Source: Balanoglossus misakiensis (lineage: Eukaryota > Animalia > Hemichordata). Taken from it: DNA of 64,000 nt. The stretch spans positions 1,393,854 to 1,457,853 of the forward strand of contig CM082596.2 in the NCBI GenBank assembly GCA_040954595.2. Reading direction: 5' to 3'. The position numbers were made by a program, and so were the translations under genes. Shown here piece by piece: positions 1-11,480 of this stretch. Within the stretch, counting starts at the first letter, position 1, and every line of letters begins with the position of its first letter. Under the pieces are notes generated by a model. It ran no database searches. It was not told where the DNA came from and saw nothing but the letters and a program-made list of their open reading frames with translations.

Positions 1-2940
1 GATCTGTATATAATTCATCTTCTGATATATATATTTCAGCTTCTGTTTTCTTAATTCCTGAGCAGTTATGTTAAGAATCCATCTCTAAGTACTTTTTCAA
101 TATTTAAATTATCTTTTGATACATAAATTTCTTTTTTCCTGATCGTCAAATTACTTGTGTGAACAACATAAATGGAATCCCCAATCCAGGCACTCCTCAT
201 CATCAATGCTGCTTCAGTACTTTCATGCATATTCATGATGAAATAAACCTGATGAAAATTCAATAAGTATCGCCACAAGCCACAATGATCCAATTACATG
301 GAACTGCAATATTATTAATGGACTGTTGGCATTAAGTGGGTTCTATTCCAGTACCACATCAAATCCAGGTGTATTTTCTCCCTAGCTAACACAGTCATCC
401 AGGGATGTACAAAAAATTTGTTATACTTGTACTTTTGTGTGAGCCACTATGCAGATGTATTAGGGATACGTGGATTTTCCTGTAAACAAATGTTCAGAAG
501 CCGACGATGTTACTGCTTTTGAAATACAGCTGGTTGCTTCAACCGAATTGGCTTTTTCTTACAGCTTGATCACCTACTGCAGTGTGTCTGTGCTATCCTC
601 AGTGATCAGGAATTGAAAGCTATTCTATGTCTGCCTGGAACATTTAACCTGTTTACAATCAAGTCGAGCTCCCCTGGAAACCATCTCCCAAGTTTGATAC
701 TGGAGTTTATTTCCATCTCACTTCATGGAATGTCTGAATTGTAAACTTTGCAACATGTCTCCAATGTTATCATGAAACCAATAATTTGTTTTAGATTGAA
801 TCATGGTGAGCAAGTATTTGCGACCATGAAATATATGTCTGTAATTTGTAGCTATGGCAATAGACTGATAACACTTTGAAATTCCTAACGCAGGAAACTC
901 ATCCGAAGTTCCAGGAAAACTGGGCAGACATTTTCCAGGCATTTTTAATGGCAAACATACTCACTCCTTTCTGGCCTTTAACAGCTCTATATGCAATTTG
1001 AGGCTGATGCCAAAAAGTGTTACTGGAGCTATAAAGATCCACAAAATAATCCCTCAGAGAATTATACACTTATAAAAGATACAATAAGATATTCCTGCCT
1101 TGTTCTCTGCATTAAATGCCCGATGAGACTTCCACTGGTATTTGAACAATTTCTACGTTGACAAAAATATCCAACGATTTCAGCTGTCAAGGGGCACATT
1201 ATTGAGATATTACATCCTAAATATTGAATTATGTGTTCTTGTATCGTACCCTCTGCTCTTTCGATGCCTGGCAAATGAATGTCTGATCAAGAGGGCAACA
1301 AAGTTCAATCTTCCAGCCGTCTTCAGTATGTATCAGATTTTTTCACAAGGAACTTAGTCTAGATATATGTGGGCTGGCTCGCAACATCAGGGTGTTTATT
1401 ACACCTCAGAGGAATCAAAATCACTTGAAAACTGGACTAGTTGTCTCAAGTGCGGCCAATATTCCCCCTGGCTACTTCACTCCTCTCTATAAACCGATAA
1501 AAATATCAAACATGGCAATAAACGAGGAATCCTGCCATAGTGAAAAGTGATGTTCGTTCACAGTGTTTAGTCAGATTTTACCATTGCAAGTGACAACATA
1601 GTCCATGGTCAAGGTTGTGCTATGTTTTGGCTGATCAATAACACTGGAGTTCATCACTGCTTCATTTATCAATCACGGTCTTTAATACTCTGGTTAATGA
1701 AATTATGTAAGGAACACATTCAGCAATAAACACAGACATTACCATAACATAGCCATATTGCTGTGTGTACATACAGAAGCGGTAAAATTACCAAGGTTAC
1801 TCAACAGTATAGTTGCAGGAAGGAAATCTGCAAACAATGCTTTGTATTGAAGCGACCTTGGACTATTTCAATAAACATACAAATGCTAAATAATGAATGT
1901 TTGATAGTTTTCACAGTCTGATCCATCACCAACTCAAGTTTACCCTTCAACAGAAATCCCAGACAACAGCAACCACATAGATTGGATCACATGTACACAT
2001 GGAGAGACTGAAATATTTTCTTTCACTCTAAATGTTTGGGATATTTCCTCTCATTCAGTGCCATTATACAAACAGAATCAAAGTCGTTAATTTCACTACT
2101 CTCATTGCAATGCTATTTTTTAACATTCAGCTCTGCTAAACATTGTCCGATACATTGGGCCAAGGACATAATGAATTAGTAGATGTTTGAAGTTGCTTCT
2201 TTTCAAATAATTGAGGTAGAAAGCTGATGGGAGCTTCCAAGGATTTAAGGTGTTGTTTTGGTGGCAAATATGAGCTTATGGGGCGAGTAATACCCAGAAA
2301 CTATTTCAGTTAACAGCATTCACAAAATGTCTAACATAGTACACGTCCACAGAAATCACAGTGGTCAATGACTTGAAAACCTGGGAAGCTCATTTACACC
2401 GAATTTTAAGACAGAGTGTATCCTATGTCAGCTGATGCAGACAGCAAGGCCTTAGATGCAGAGGGCACATCACAGCAGTCAGTTACTCCACTCTGGTTTA
2501 AGATAAACATGTCTGGCTCTTTCCAAGTTACAAATGTACATTGTAATTTGTTGTTTACTCCCGCACTTGACACTAGAGTCTTTAGTATTTCCTGTTACGA
2601 TTCATCTGTAGTTCACGATCAGACCTTTGGGGTCAGGGTGTGACTTTCTTCCATTCAAACAGAGGTCAGAATACAAAGCCAAGCCGAACACCCAAATAAA
2701 AGAACATGGATATACTCCACAGGTTCTGTATAGGTGGTGTTATACAAAATAATCAAGGCCAACTAGCAGTAAACACCTTGGATTTAGAAATTTCAGGTTC
2801 AGCTGATGGAACACAAGTGATGTCATGTAATAGTCAGCTGGAGTTCTTTCACGTTACATTGATTCCATCCTCGTATTTCTCGTTTGAACATGACATACCA
2901 GTAGGAACTTCTGGGCTAATATTAGAGCTTAATTTGTGAT
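1..2940 (-). pseudogene. Possible decayed coding sequence (unidentified)
   Basis: Minus-strand frames read as protein-like runs interrupted by scattered stops (e.g. 2706-2940, 2416-2560, 718-954). No domain is recognised, and this could be UTR or an old transposon. Confidence 0.2.
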
Positions 2941-5900
2941 ATTTTCCCAATTAAATTAACATTTGGTATGAAAGTCTGGCTTAACCAGTCTCCCAATATA
3001 CGACTGATAAATCACATAGAACTAATGAGTCCTAATATGGGATACATACTTCCTTCATGAAGGCATCTGTTTTTAAAAAAGGGGATATGAAACAGGCCTT
3101 GATTTCTCACCAATTACACCATTTATTACCCACCTTTTGAAAACTAAAAACTATTTCAGTATCTGAGTATTAGTGTGAAAGCTATAAATTGTATGAACAG
3201 GGGTTCCATCGGTAAAGTACTGGACTCGTCTATGGCTCACCCAATACACTACAGATGTGAAGCCCTTGTATTTATACCTACAAGTAGTTGTATTTTGTGA
3301 AAAACCCTACAATGTTATTTAGACACAAGCCTTACTTCAACAAGAACACTGATTTCCATTATCGTATACCCCATATGCGCTCTGGTTTTCCAATAAAGTG
3401 GGTGTGTTGCAGATTCAATTTTAGGCACCCTGGTTTTTTTTGTTCGAACTGGGTGACTCATACCAGATTATTCATCCTTTAGTCTTGGAAAATGACCCTG
3501 GTGAGACTAACAAAGGGATACGTAATGATCCCTGTGTACATCTCATATTAAAAATCACAAATTTTGAACAAAATTTACTTTTCTTATTTAAAAAAAAGGA
3601 TGTTCTATGACCTTTATGCACACACTAATGGTGATTAAGGTCCATGATTAAAACCTAGCCATTTACCAAATCAGAATGAAATTGATACACTGTTGCAACT
3701 TACATTCAACACTGCAAATGTTATTATGAAATGTACAACCTAAAATACATTTGCGTATTGCAACAATTTACAATCATCACTGTGAAACATACACATACCA
3801 ATTTGTATAAACGTTTATTAGCTTACCAACAGTACATGGTGTAAAGTTTACTTTGCCACGCATAACCTAAAACATCAAATTATCATGATGTCATATTTTC
3901 ATATACACTTCAATATCATGTTTGTTTATTGTTCCACCAACTTTGGTGTACTCTGGGGGAGGTAGATTGATGAAATCTTGATACGTTAACCAAAACACGA
4001 TAAAATGCGGCAACATTTCGTGCAGTGCGGTGTCACTGTCAATGGTTCCCTACCTTTTGAATCTCCGAAAGTGGTTTTTCTTGTCCCGTCCTGGTGTCTA
4101 GTAAGGTTTTACCGTTGGTATAACATATACTTCCGTATTTCTCCGCGATGCAGGAACATTGTAACGTAATAGTCAAGTCGAATACCTTACGACGGTCGTT
4201 TTATTTTCATGACAACAGACGTTGGTTTACCTTGTCATACGGTGAGAAAACGGGTACACACGCAACAACACGGGTTCGCGTCGACTTGATACTTTACCCA
4301 CTGATTGCAACGTTGAGTAACCTATGTCAGCGATAGAACTGGGCACTTAAAACTGCGTTCGCTGCTTGAACACCATACAATTCCACGCAAACTAACTGAC
4401 TGTCAAACTTACTATATGTTTACTCTGCTTGCTAACCCATCAGAGAACCTTTCTGTCGAGCCTTTGAACATATTATAACAGTTATTCCTTTGCCCGAAAA
4501 TCGACAGCGCACGATAAGATTCAGTATGGAAACCTGTGCGTGCAAGTCCAATGGAAGCTCGAAACCCGTGATGTCACAAATATTTGAGTACATATAATGC
4601 AACGGCACCATAACATGTGTACAAAGCGTGGGAAAGGAACCAGAGGTGATTCACCTTTCGCCTTCCCGTTGCTTTTTTTACTTCAAAATAAAACGTCTCG
4701 AGGAAATACATGTACAGAAAGCTGTCAGTTTCACGCCCACGCAAAACTTAAACACTTTAACGAAATAGAAATTCATGGATATGGATCCACAGTTGCGAAA
4801 AGAACATGTAAAGTCTCACTCCGTGTCCGCAAGTGTGTTAGATCTCAAGTAATGTCCGAAAATCGGTTTTGTTTCAGTTCTTGCTCTTCTCCAAGCGATA
4901 TGTTTCTTTCACAACTGGGCCGCTGTCATAAAACTGGAGAGTAATGTTCATTGGATAGTACATCCAAGCGTAGCTGGGCCGGGATGCAAGCTCAAATCCA
5001 AGTTCGCAAAACTTCGCTTTGTTTGACCAAGTCCACTTGTGCGCAAGTCGAATGCGGCGAAGGACGCCCTCAAGCATCAGTTATTGCCGCAAAAAAGTAA
5101 TAATGAACGTGCGAACAGCTAAATATGTGTAGAATAAAAGCGAAAGGGTTCAAACAAAGAATGATCAATATAGCCAAAAGATTTATATATTCTATGTATT
5201 TTATCATCAGCAAATGGAAGTTGCGCAAAACGTTAACCCACGCTGATATTTACAAATGAAGTACTTCGACAGGAAACAGAAAATTGGCAAAAAGACAAGG
5301 GAGCGCCGGTATTGTGTACAAATCGAGGTGCGGAGCGTCACTGTTTATCAAAAGTAATTCTCTTTTGTAAACTGCAACGATTAAATGATGAAACTACAGT
5401 CAAACGGTACTTAATTGATGTAAAGCGGACCCGGGCAAACGGACCTTTTCCCCGAAAATAACTTCACTCGAAGTAAAAAGATTCTCCTAAAATAACTCCT
5501 TACTGTTCTTTTGACGAAACTGGTGTTGGCTTAATTCAGATGGTTCAAAAGAGTTCGAGATAGTTACTTTATACTCTGATAGCAATATATTTACTTGTTG
5601 CCACTAGCAACAGACTTGGGAACTGCTTAGTTCAGTTTTGACACGCGCTAGACATTATAAGTGGATCGGTGGTGTGACATTTGTTTTGTAAAGTGAACAG
5701 TTCACCGGATATTGGGAACTCCCCTACCCCCGCATTTGTTCATCCTTTGCTGACATGTCCTGAGACACGAACAAAACATATAGTTTGAATTTTAAAAATA
5801 GGACCTACCACTATTCATCTTCCTTGCATTTTATTGCTAAAAGTGACTACCTCTATAAATGGACAGAGAGGAATATGGCACAGTGGCTATTTTGGTTCTT

Positions 5901-6504
5901 TATCATTATTATTCATAACACAACAAGCCTTAGGCATTCACACAGGTGTCAGTTGACACACCCAACAAAGCCAAACCCAGCTGTACATCCATCTTATACA
6001 CACTCGAAACCTACCTTCATTCATACACAGAGTGTTAGGGAAAGACAAAAAAGTATGCATATGGCCAATGCACACACACATGTACATATATCAACGGGTA
6101 CTAGGGTTGACATGGAGATTATTCTTGTGTTTTTGAAACCCTGTCTCCAAGGTGAAATCTGCTATGAGCCCATACTTGTTAAGTACCCTACAACAGTTAA
6201 TAATGTACTTGAAACTTCAGAAAAGATAAAATGTCACCGCCCACTGCAGGCCACCCCACCCACAGATATAGACAATTACAGAAGAAAAGATTTGCATTCA
6301 TGGACAATTTTAGTGGAATTTAAAGTACTGGAAAACAACAATTAGACTGCAGACAGAACTAGACAAAATGTCCCTTATCATTCCATGCATGTCAGTGTAT
6401 TTGTGCTAAATTTACTGGAAAACCATTTATCATCATTGGGGTTACTATGATATTGCCCAGCTCTGTCACTGAGGGCGCTACACCAGGTTGGTAAGGATTG
6501 AGAC

Positions 6505-6543
6505 ACATATTTTATTTGTATAAGACATATTTTATTTGTATAA
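6505..6543. repeat. 20-bp-period tandem duplication containing the minus-strand polyA signal of gene A
   Basis: acatattttatttgtataa occurs twice in tandem, and each copy contains TTTATT (AATAAA on minus). Confidence 0.8.
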
Positions 6544-6931
6544 CAACAAAAATATTCTCAGAATCCTTTTTTTCAAATGGGAAAAAATATTTACATTTCG
6601 AATAACATTTACAACATGGTTATGTAAATAAATTAGCATGGAGGGATTCATTTAATCTTTGAACCCATCTGAATGGTATCATAGTTCAACAGGGAACAAG
6701 GCTACAAGGGGTTAAAAAGCAAAAGTATGAACTAATTATACACCATCAAATGATACAGTATCCTCTAAATCCTGTACTAATAAAACTGTTCTTCAGAATG
6801 AAGACAAAACTTGTACACCTGGTAAACTTTTGGCCATATTGGTTTACATTTATGCTTTTCATTTGAAAATGCTGTCCTTTGTCACAGATCTTGCTCATGA
6901 AACTCCAATATATTTGTTTCCAATGTCTTTT

Positions 6932-8258
6932 CTAATACATAACAGTATTATGATGGTCCCAGTGTTGTGTGTGCCCAGCTCTCAGCGCCAATTCAGCATC
7001 AGGTAATTTTGGAACTGGTAGATCGATTCCTGTGAACTGTGGTAAATTCTTGTACGTATTTAGATCTCGGATACGTCCATCAACTGAAAGAGAGATAAAA
7101 GGAAAAGCATTAAAGTTTCAATATATATCCACCTTCAACAGTAACTGCCAAGGGATACAAGAAATAGTAACTACTGAAATGTATCTCTTACCAAATGGTG
7201 GTTCTGTCCTCATTTCAGCCAGGGGTGGAAACGGATGATCTTCCGGCCATGTATCAGAATGAGGCTGTCGTCGACCTCCCATTGACCTGTCATATGCCTC
7301 TGTCGATTCCACAGCTGAGTTTTCTTGCAGTTGTCTCATGGAGGCATCAGGTCCACCAAATGTGACACTCTTCTGTGATGAGCCTGGTGTTTTGACTTGA
7401 GTGGCGCCCCTAGTGTCTGTTGATTGCGTAGCACCTGGTGCCCATTTGCTCTTTGCTAAAGCTTCTCTGTGATGCTGTTTGCGAGCTTCTTCAAGATTGG
7501 CTGTTCTGATAACTGCATTTTGGTAGTGAGACTCCAGTTCCTGAAAGAAGAACAGCTTTCAAACTTAGATAACAAAGCCAGTTTGTTGAATCATAGCTGA
7601 TGAATGTGTCCACTCCACTATCATTGAAAACTGGCATTCAGATTTTTGATAACTTAATAATAATACGAAAGAATCAGCAAAACTTGATTGACCAATAGAG
7701 ACCAGATCTACAATCTACATTGTAGACACCTTGAATGATCAGTTAAATCTTACCTGTCTAACATCTTTCAACTGTTCTAGTTGTTCATCACAATGCCAGC
7801 TGTGGTGACTGTCGCCATGGAGATTGACATTCCTTCTGCTACAGGCACGTCTTATTTCACGAATAACAGCAGATATTTTATTAACTTTAGCAGTTAAAAC
7901 TGAAATGGAGAAAGAATAAAATGTGTTGACTAAAGAACAAGGATCATATTAAAGGCTCCCTTGACTGTAGCTTGTGACAATGTTTTCAGTGTCTAAATAC
8001 ATTCCAAACAAACGCAAGATACCGTAGATCAATGTACTTACATCTGACAAGAGGCCCGTCTACGTAATATTCCAAATTGTCGTCGATTTCTAACCGGAGA
8101 ACTTCCATCACTTTGGCGACTTGTTTGAGTTCCATGTCTAACGGGTCATTGATAATTATACCGTGACGGTATATGGTGTCGATTCCCATTAAAACACTTG
8201 TACAACTGTCCCTGAATTGGGTACGAGTCAAAGGGGTCGCTGGATTTGCCGACGACAT
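6932..8258 (-). CDS. Uncharacterised protein A (~287 aa; helical N-terminal half, Pro/Gly-rich C-terminal half); exons 8258-8042, 7899-7754, 7540-7192, 7083-6932
   Basis: ATG at 8258. Three GT-AG introns with phases 1,0,1 join into one open frame (MSSANPATPLTRTQFRDSC...GPLVR/FLTAKVNKISAVIREIRRAC...LKDVRQ/ELESHYQNAVIRTANL...EPPF/VDGRIRD...HWDHHNTVMY*). Minus-strand AATAAA signals lie near 6510-6535. No family recognised. Confidence 0.8.
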
Positions 8259-8588
8259 TTTCCTTATTTTGTAAATCCTTAAAATTCTCACAGATCTATG
8301 GCTTCACCCCTTCGCCCTGGATCTATCTCGGTGCTAGGCAATATCTATAAACATGGCGTGATTTACATAAAATATACAGTGACCTCAATTTGCAACACAA
8401 TGGCGAAATTGACCTGGTAGGTATCACGTGACCTGAGCTCCCCTGAAGATTGTTTACAAGGCGTTGTTACGTGGAAACGGTAGGGCACGCTCAACCATCG
8501 GCGTTCACAGATACCCTTTCCAGCAACTCAGACATCAGAGATACGGAATATAAACGGAGACTGATATAATCTACTGCTTCTTGGGAAA
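8259..8588. promoter_or_regulatory. Compact bidirectional promoter shared by genes A and B
   Basis: There are 330 bp between the divergent ATGs. The spacer has an E-box TCACGTGAC (8424-8432), a forkhead site TGTTTAC (8451-8457), an RFX X-box-like GTTGTTACGTGGAAAC (8463-8478) and a YY1-like AACATGGCG near 8351. Confidence 0.6.
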
Positions 8589-9231
8589 ATGTCTGCCCCA
8601 CCGGCGATCCCAGCGATACGTCCTCCCGTCGACAAACCAGTGCGTCTGGTCGGACTTAGCCATAGCAACATAAGTTACAGCCTTGTCGACCATGCATCGG
8701 CCGCAAACGACATACATCACGTTTTTCACATTTTGATTCAGAACATCGCGGCTTGTGTAGAAGATCAAGAGTATTACAAAACAAATGATCTTCTTAACGA
8801 GTTTAAAGGACTTGGCGTTGACATCAAGGAACTGGCAAGAGACAGAGCTTACGAGGAAACCACAGATAATTATCACGGACACTTTTGGAAGGCAGACCAC
8901 GAAGCAGAAAATAAAGGTAGGTATTTTTTCATATAGTTAACTCAAGGAAAAACTTGTCTTAAACATTATATATCAGTTTTCCATGTATATTAGCGAATGT
9001 TAGTTAATATATAGTAGAACTTGCGCTGTGTATTCTAACCTGTCAATTAACGGTCTAATGTGCAGTATTGTTACAATGTATAAACAGTTTTGACTTTATA
9101 AACAGTTTAACAAAAGAAATTGACACAAACCAAATACTTAGACACATCTAAACAGCTAAAGTGGCAAGTAGGACGACTTTGAGAGAGCAGTCTCTTGGTT
9201 GTGATCGAGGGACTGTACTAACACCACCTGT

Positions 9232-9304
<73 letters not shown>

Positions 9305-10406
9305 CCATCATCACCACCACCACCAGCCTACCAATGTTCCATAACATAAGTGACAGATTTTATTTCTCATTTTCTTTCAGTACTCATTGCCAGATTGTCA
9401 GAAATTGCCCACTATCTAGTAGATTACAAAAATGAATGCTGTGTTGAAGGCAGGGGAGAAAGAGCATTGGATGAGAATTTCCTGGAGACAGTTTGTCTTA
9501 AACATGTTGAGCATATTAAAAATTACAGAAGGGTGAGTATAATTAAAAGTGTAATATTTTCTCATTTTTCTATCTTTGTGAATGGCTGGTTTGAATCTAT
9601 GTATAGAGTAGTTTCTGAGTGACATTTCATAAATACATCTTTTTGCAATTTTTCACACAGGAAATAGCACCGTTAGTGTTAGAAGCTGCTAAACGCAGTG
9701 CAAGAATCACCAATCTTAGCGGGCCTCTGGTCTTCGGCCAAGAATGGGGATGGGGGCCGGGACCACTGGATGATCCAAACTACAGAAGACCTGTACCAAA
9801 TGAATGTACTGTGACAAGAAGAGAAAACATTGGACCCAGAACAGATCCTCCAACCATCGATGGTCACAGATCTGGTGTCTATTCAATACCAAGTACTTAT
9901 CATGTACCAGACTACAGTGGAAAAGCTGGTGCTACTAATTCAGGTATATCGTCATATTTTGATAATTACATGTTTTTCTTTGCAGTTAATACCTAACAGT
10001 TTTACCTAAATTTATTTTATAGGCTCCTGAAAACTTGTTTCATTGACACATTGGATGAACATCCATGGTTATATTATACTAAAAGTACGTCTTTTGCTAC
10101 TTCCCAACTATAGAGGGCGGCTAAACCTGGTGCTCCAGTTTGTCCGATGATCAAGCTCCTACACATGATTTCACATCTTACTACACATGATGTTTTATCA
10201 TGACATTGATAACGCCAAAGATTAGTCAATTTCATATTTTTTTTTCTTCATATTTTGCAGGTACAACTGGAGTCCTGACAAATGACGGCAAATATGGAGG
10301 TCGTCATCTCCATGAGAGAGACATGAATGATCGTCGCAGACCGTTACGCGAAGAAGTACGACATGTATCAAGTCGCTACAAACACATTCATGGATTCTGT
10401 GAATAA
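8589..10406 (+). CDS. Uncharacterised protein B (~302 aa), probable distant paralog of protein A; exons 8589-8916, 9381-9532, 9661-9943, 10261-10406
   Basis: ORF-track pieces join through canonical GT-AG sites with phases 1,0,1 (MSAPPAIP...HEAENK/VLIARLSEIAHYL...IKNYRR/EIAPLVLEAAKRSARI...GATNS/GTTG...HIHGFCE*). AATAAA overlaps the stop codon. Confidence 0.82.
9233..9324. repeat. (ATC)n microsatellite grading into (ACC)n, in intron 1 of gene B
   Basis: Long pure atc run followed by cac/acc units. It explains the spurious poly-M and poly-S ORFs. Confidence 0.98.
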
Positions 10407-11169
10407 AAATATACATTCCTTGAAATATTGCAGATTTCAATATTGATTTTCACTGTCATCAAAGAAAAAAAAGTCTTACAGTCTTACAGTGATATTCACG
10501 AGGGTGATAGGGTCAGAACTGGAATGCAGAATGACCCATAAGTATTTCTTCCCGAGTGTAAAATATGCCAAGTATTTGAAGTGTGACGGGAGAAATGTTG
10601 ACATCATCAATAAAAGATTAGTTTTTTTTATAAATGCAGTCACCATGTGTAGATAAAGTTTTTTGCATTTATCTTTTGTTTTATAAGCTTCTTTTTAATG
10701 TAAAGGTTTCTGTAAAAAGTCGAAATAAACAGGTATATTGAAGAGTGACATGCGAATCATTGTATGATAAATTTATGTGACCCATGATTGCAACCCACCT
10801 GCTACTGTGCCTATAGCCAAGTGAAGTTGACATTTTGCCCAAAAACAGTTCCATCTTAAAAGAATATTTTTCTAAACAGGCGGTATAGCCAACGTTTCAA
10901 CTATTTTAGTGGGCTAATTTCTTGCTGGTAAGTTTTAATAAATAAACAATAAATGTTTGGAATGTCACCATGCCATTTTAACAAAACCGGCACATATGTA
11001 TTTTGTTTAATAAGGGGTGTTGAATCGATTGGTGTGACCTGCACACTGTTTATACAATATAGATAAGGCCCTTTTCACGTGGTTCGGAGAATCGGTTAAA
11101 TAAATAACATCAAACATGTTATTGGATGGCAAGATCATAAATAACACCGTACCTGTCACCAACTTATGG

Positions 11170-11480
11170 CCAAGCATCGGTTGCTGTAGTAACCTCCCTT
11201 GGCGGCGCGCTGTGAGACGAGGGTCACGACTTCAGAAGAGTTAGTTTGAACTCTGGCAATCTTGCAAGACTAGTATATGCTGTGGCCTGCTATAGTTCGA
11301 AAGTGTATAGCGTTTTCATTATCTGAAGGTCGTAGGAGTACCTGTAGCTGTATATATCTCGACGGGGAGAAGGCAATTTTGACGGTCTACTGAAAGAAGC
11401 TATAGTATAGACAGAAGTTTTTCAATCCGGGATTCTTTCTTTCTTTATGCTAGCGTGCTGAGCTGTGACTGGTAATTGAG
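11170..11480 (+). promoter_or_regulatory. Putative promoter and non-coding first exon of the RhoGEF gene
   Basis: CpG-richer patch with an X-box-like GTTGCTGTAGTAAC near 11180 and a strong donor GAG|gtatgt at 11480/11481. The coding exon at 17284 begins at an acceptor, so an upstream exon is required; that this is the one is inference. Confidence 0.4.

Noticed and set aside
3020-3050. Hammerhead-ribozyme-like ctaatgagtcc...gggat (also ctaatgag at 28503)
   Set aside because: The catalytic core CUGAUGA is altered and no GAAA follows stem II.
4874-5077. 67-aa ATG ORF with protein-like composition
   Set aside because: No recognisable motif or splice context. It cannot be supported without homology or expression data.
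5785-6345. 186-aa ORF
   Set aside because: Non-ATG start, low-complexity intergenic composition and no protein signature.
9156-9349. Poly-Met and poly-Ser ORFs
   Set aside because: Translations of an intronic (ATC)n microsatellite.
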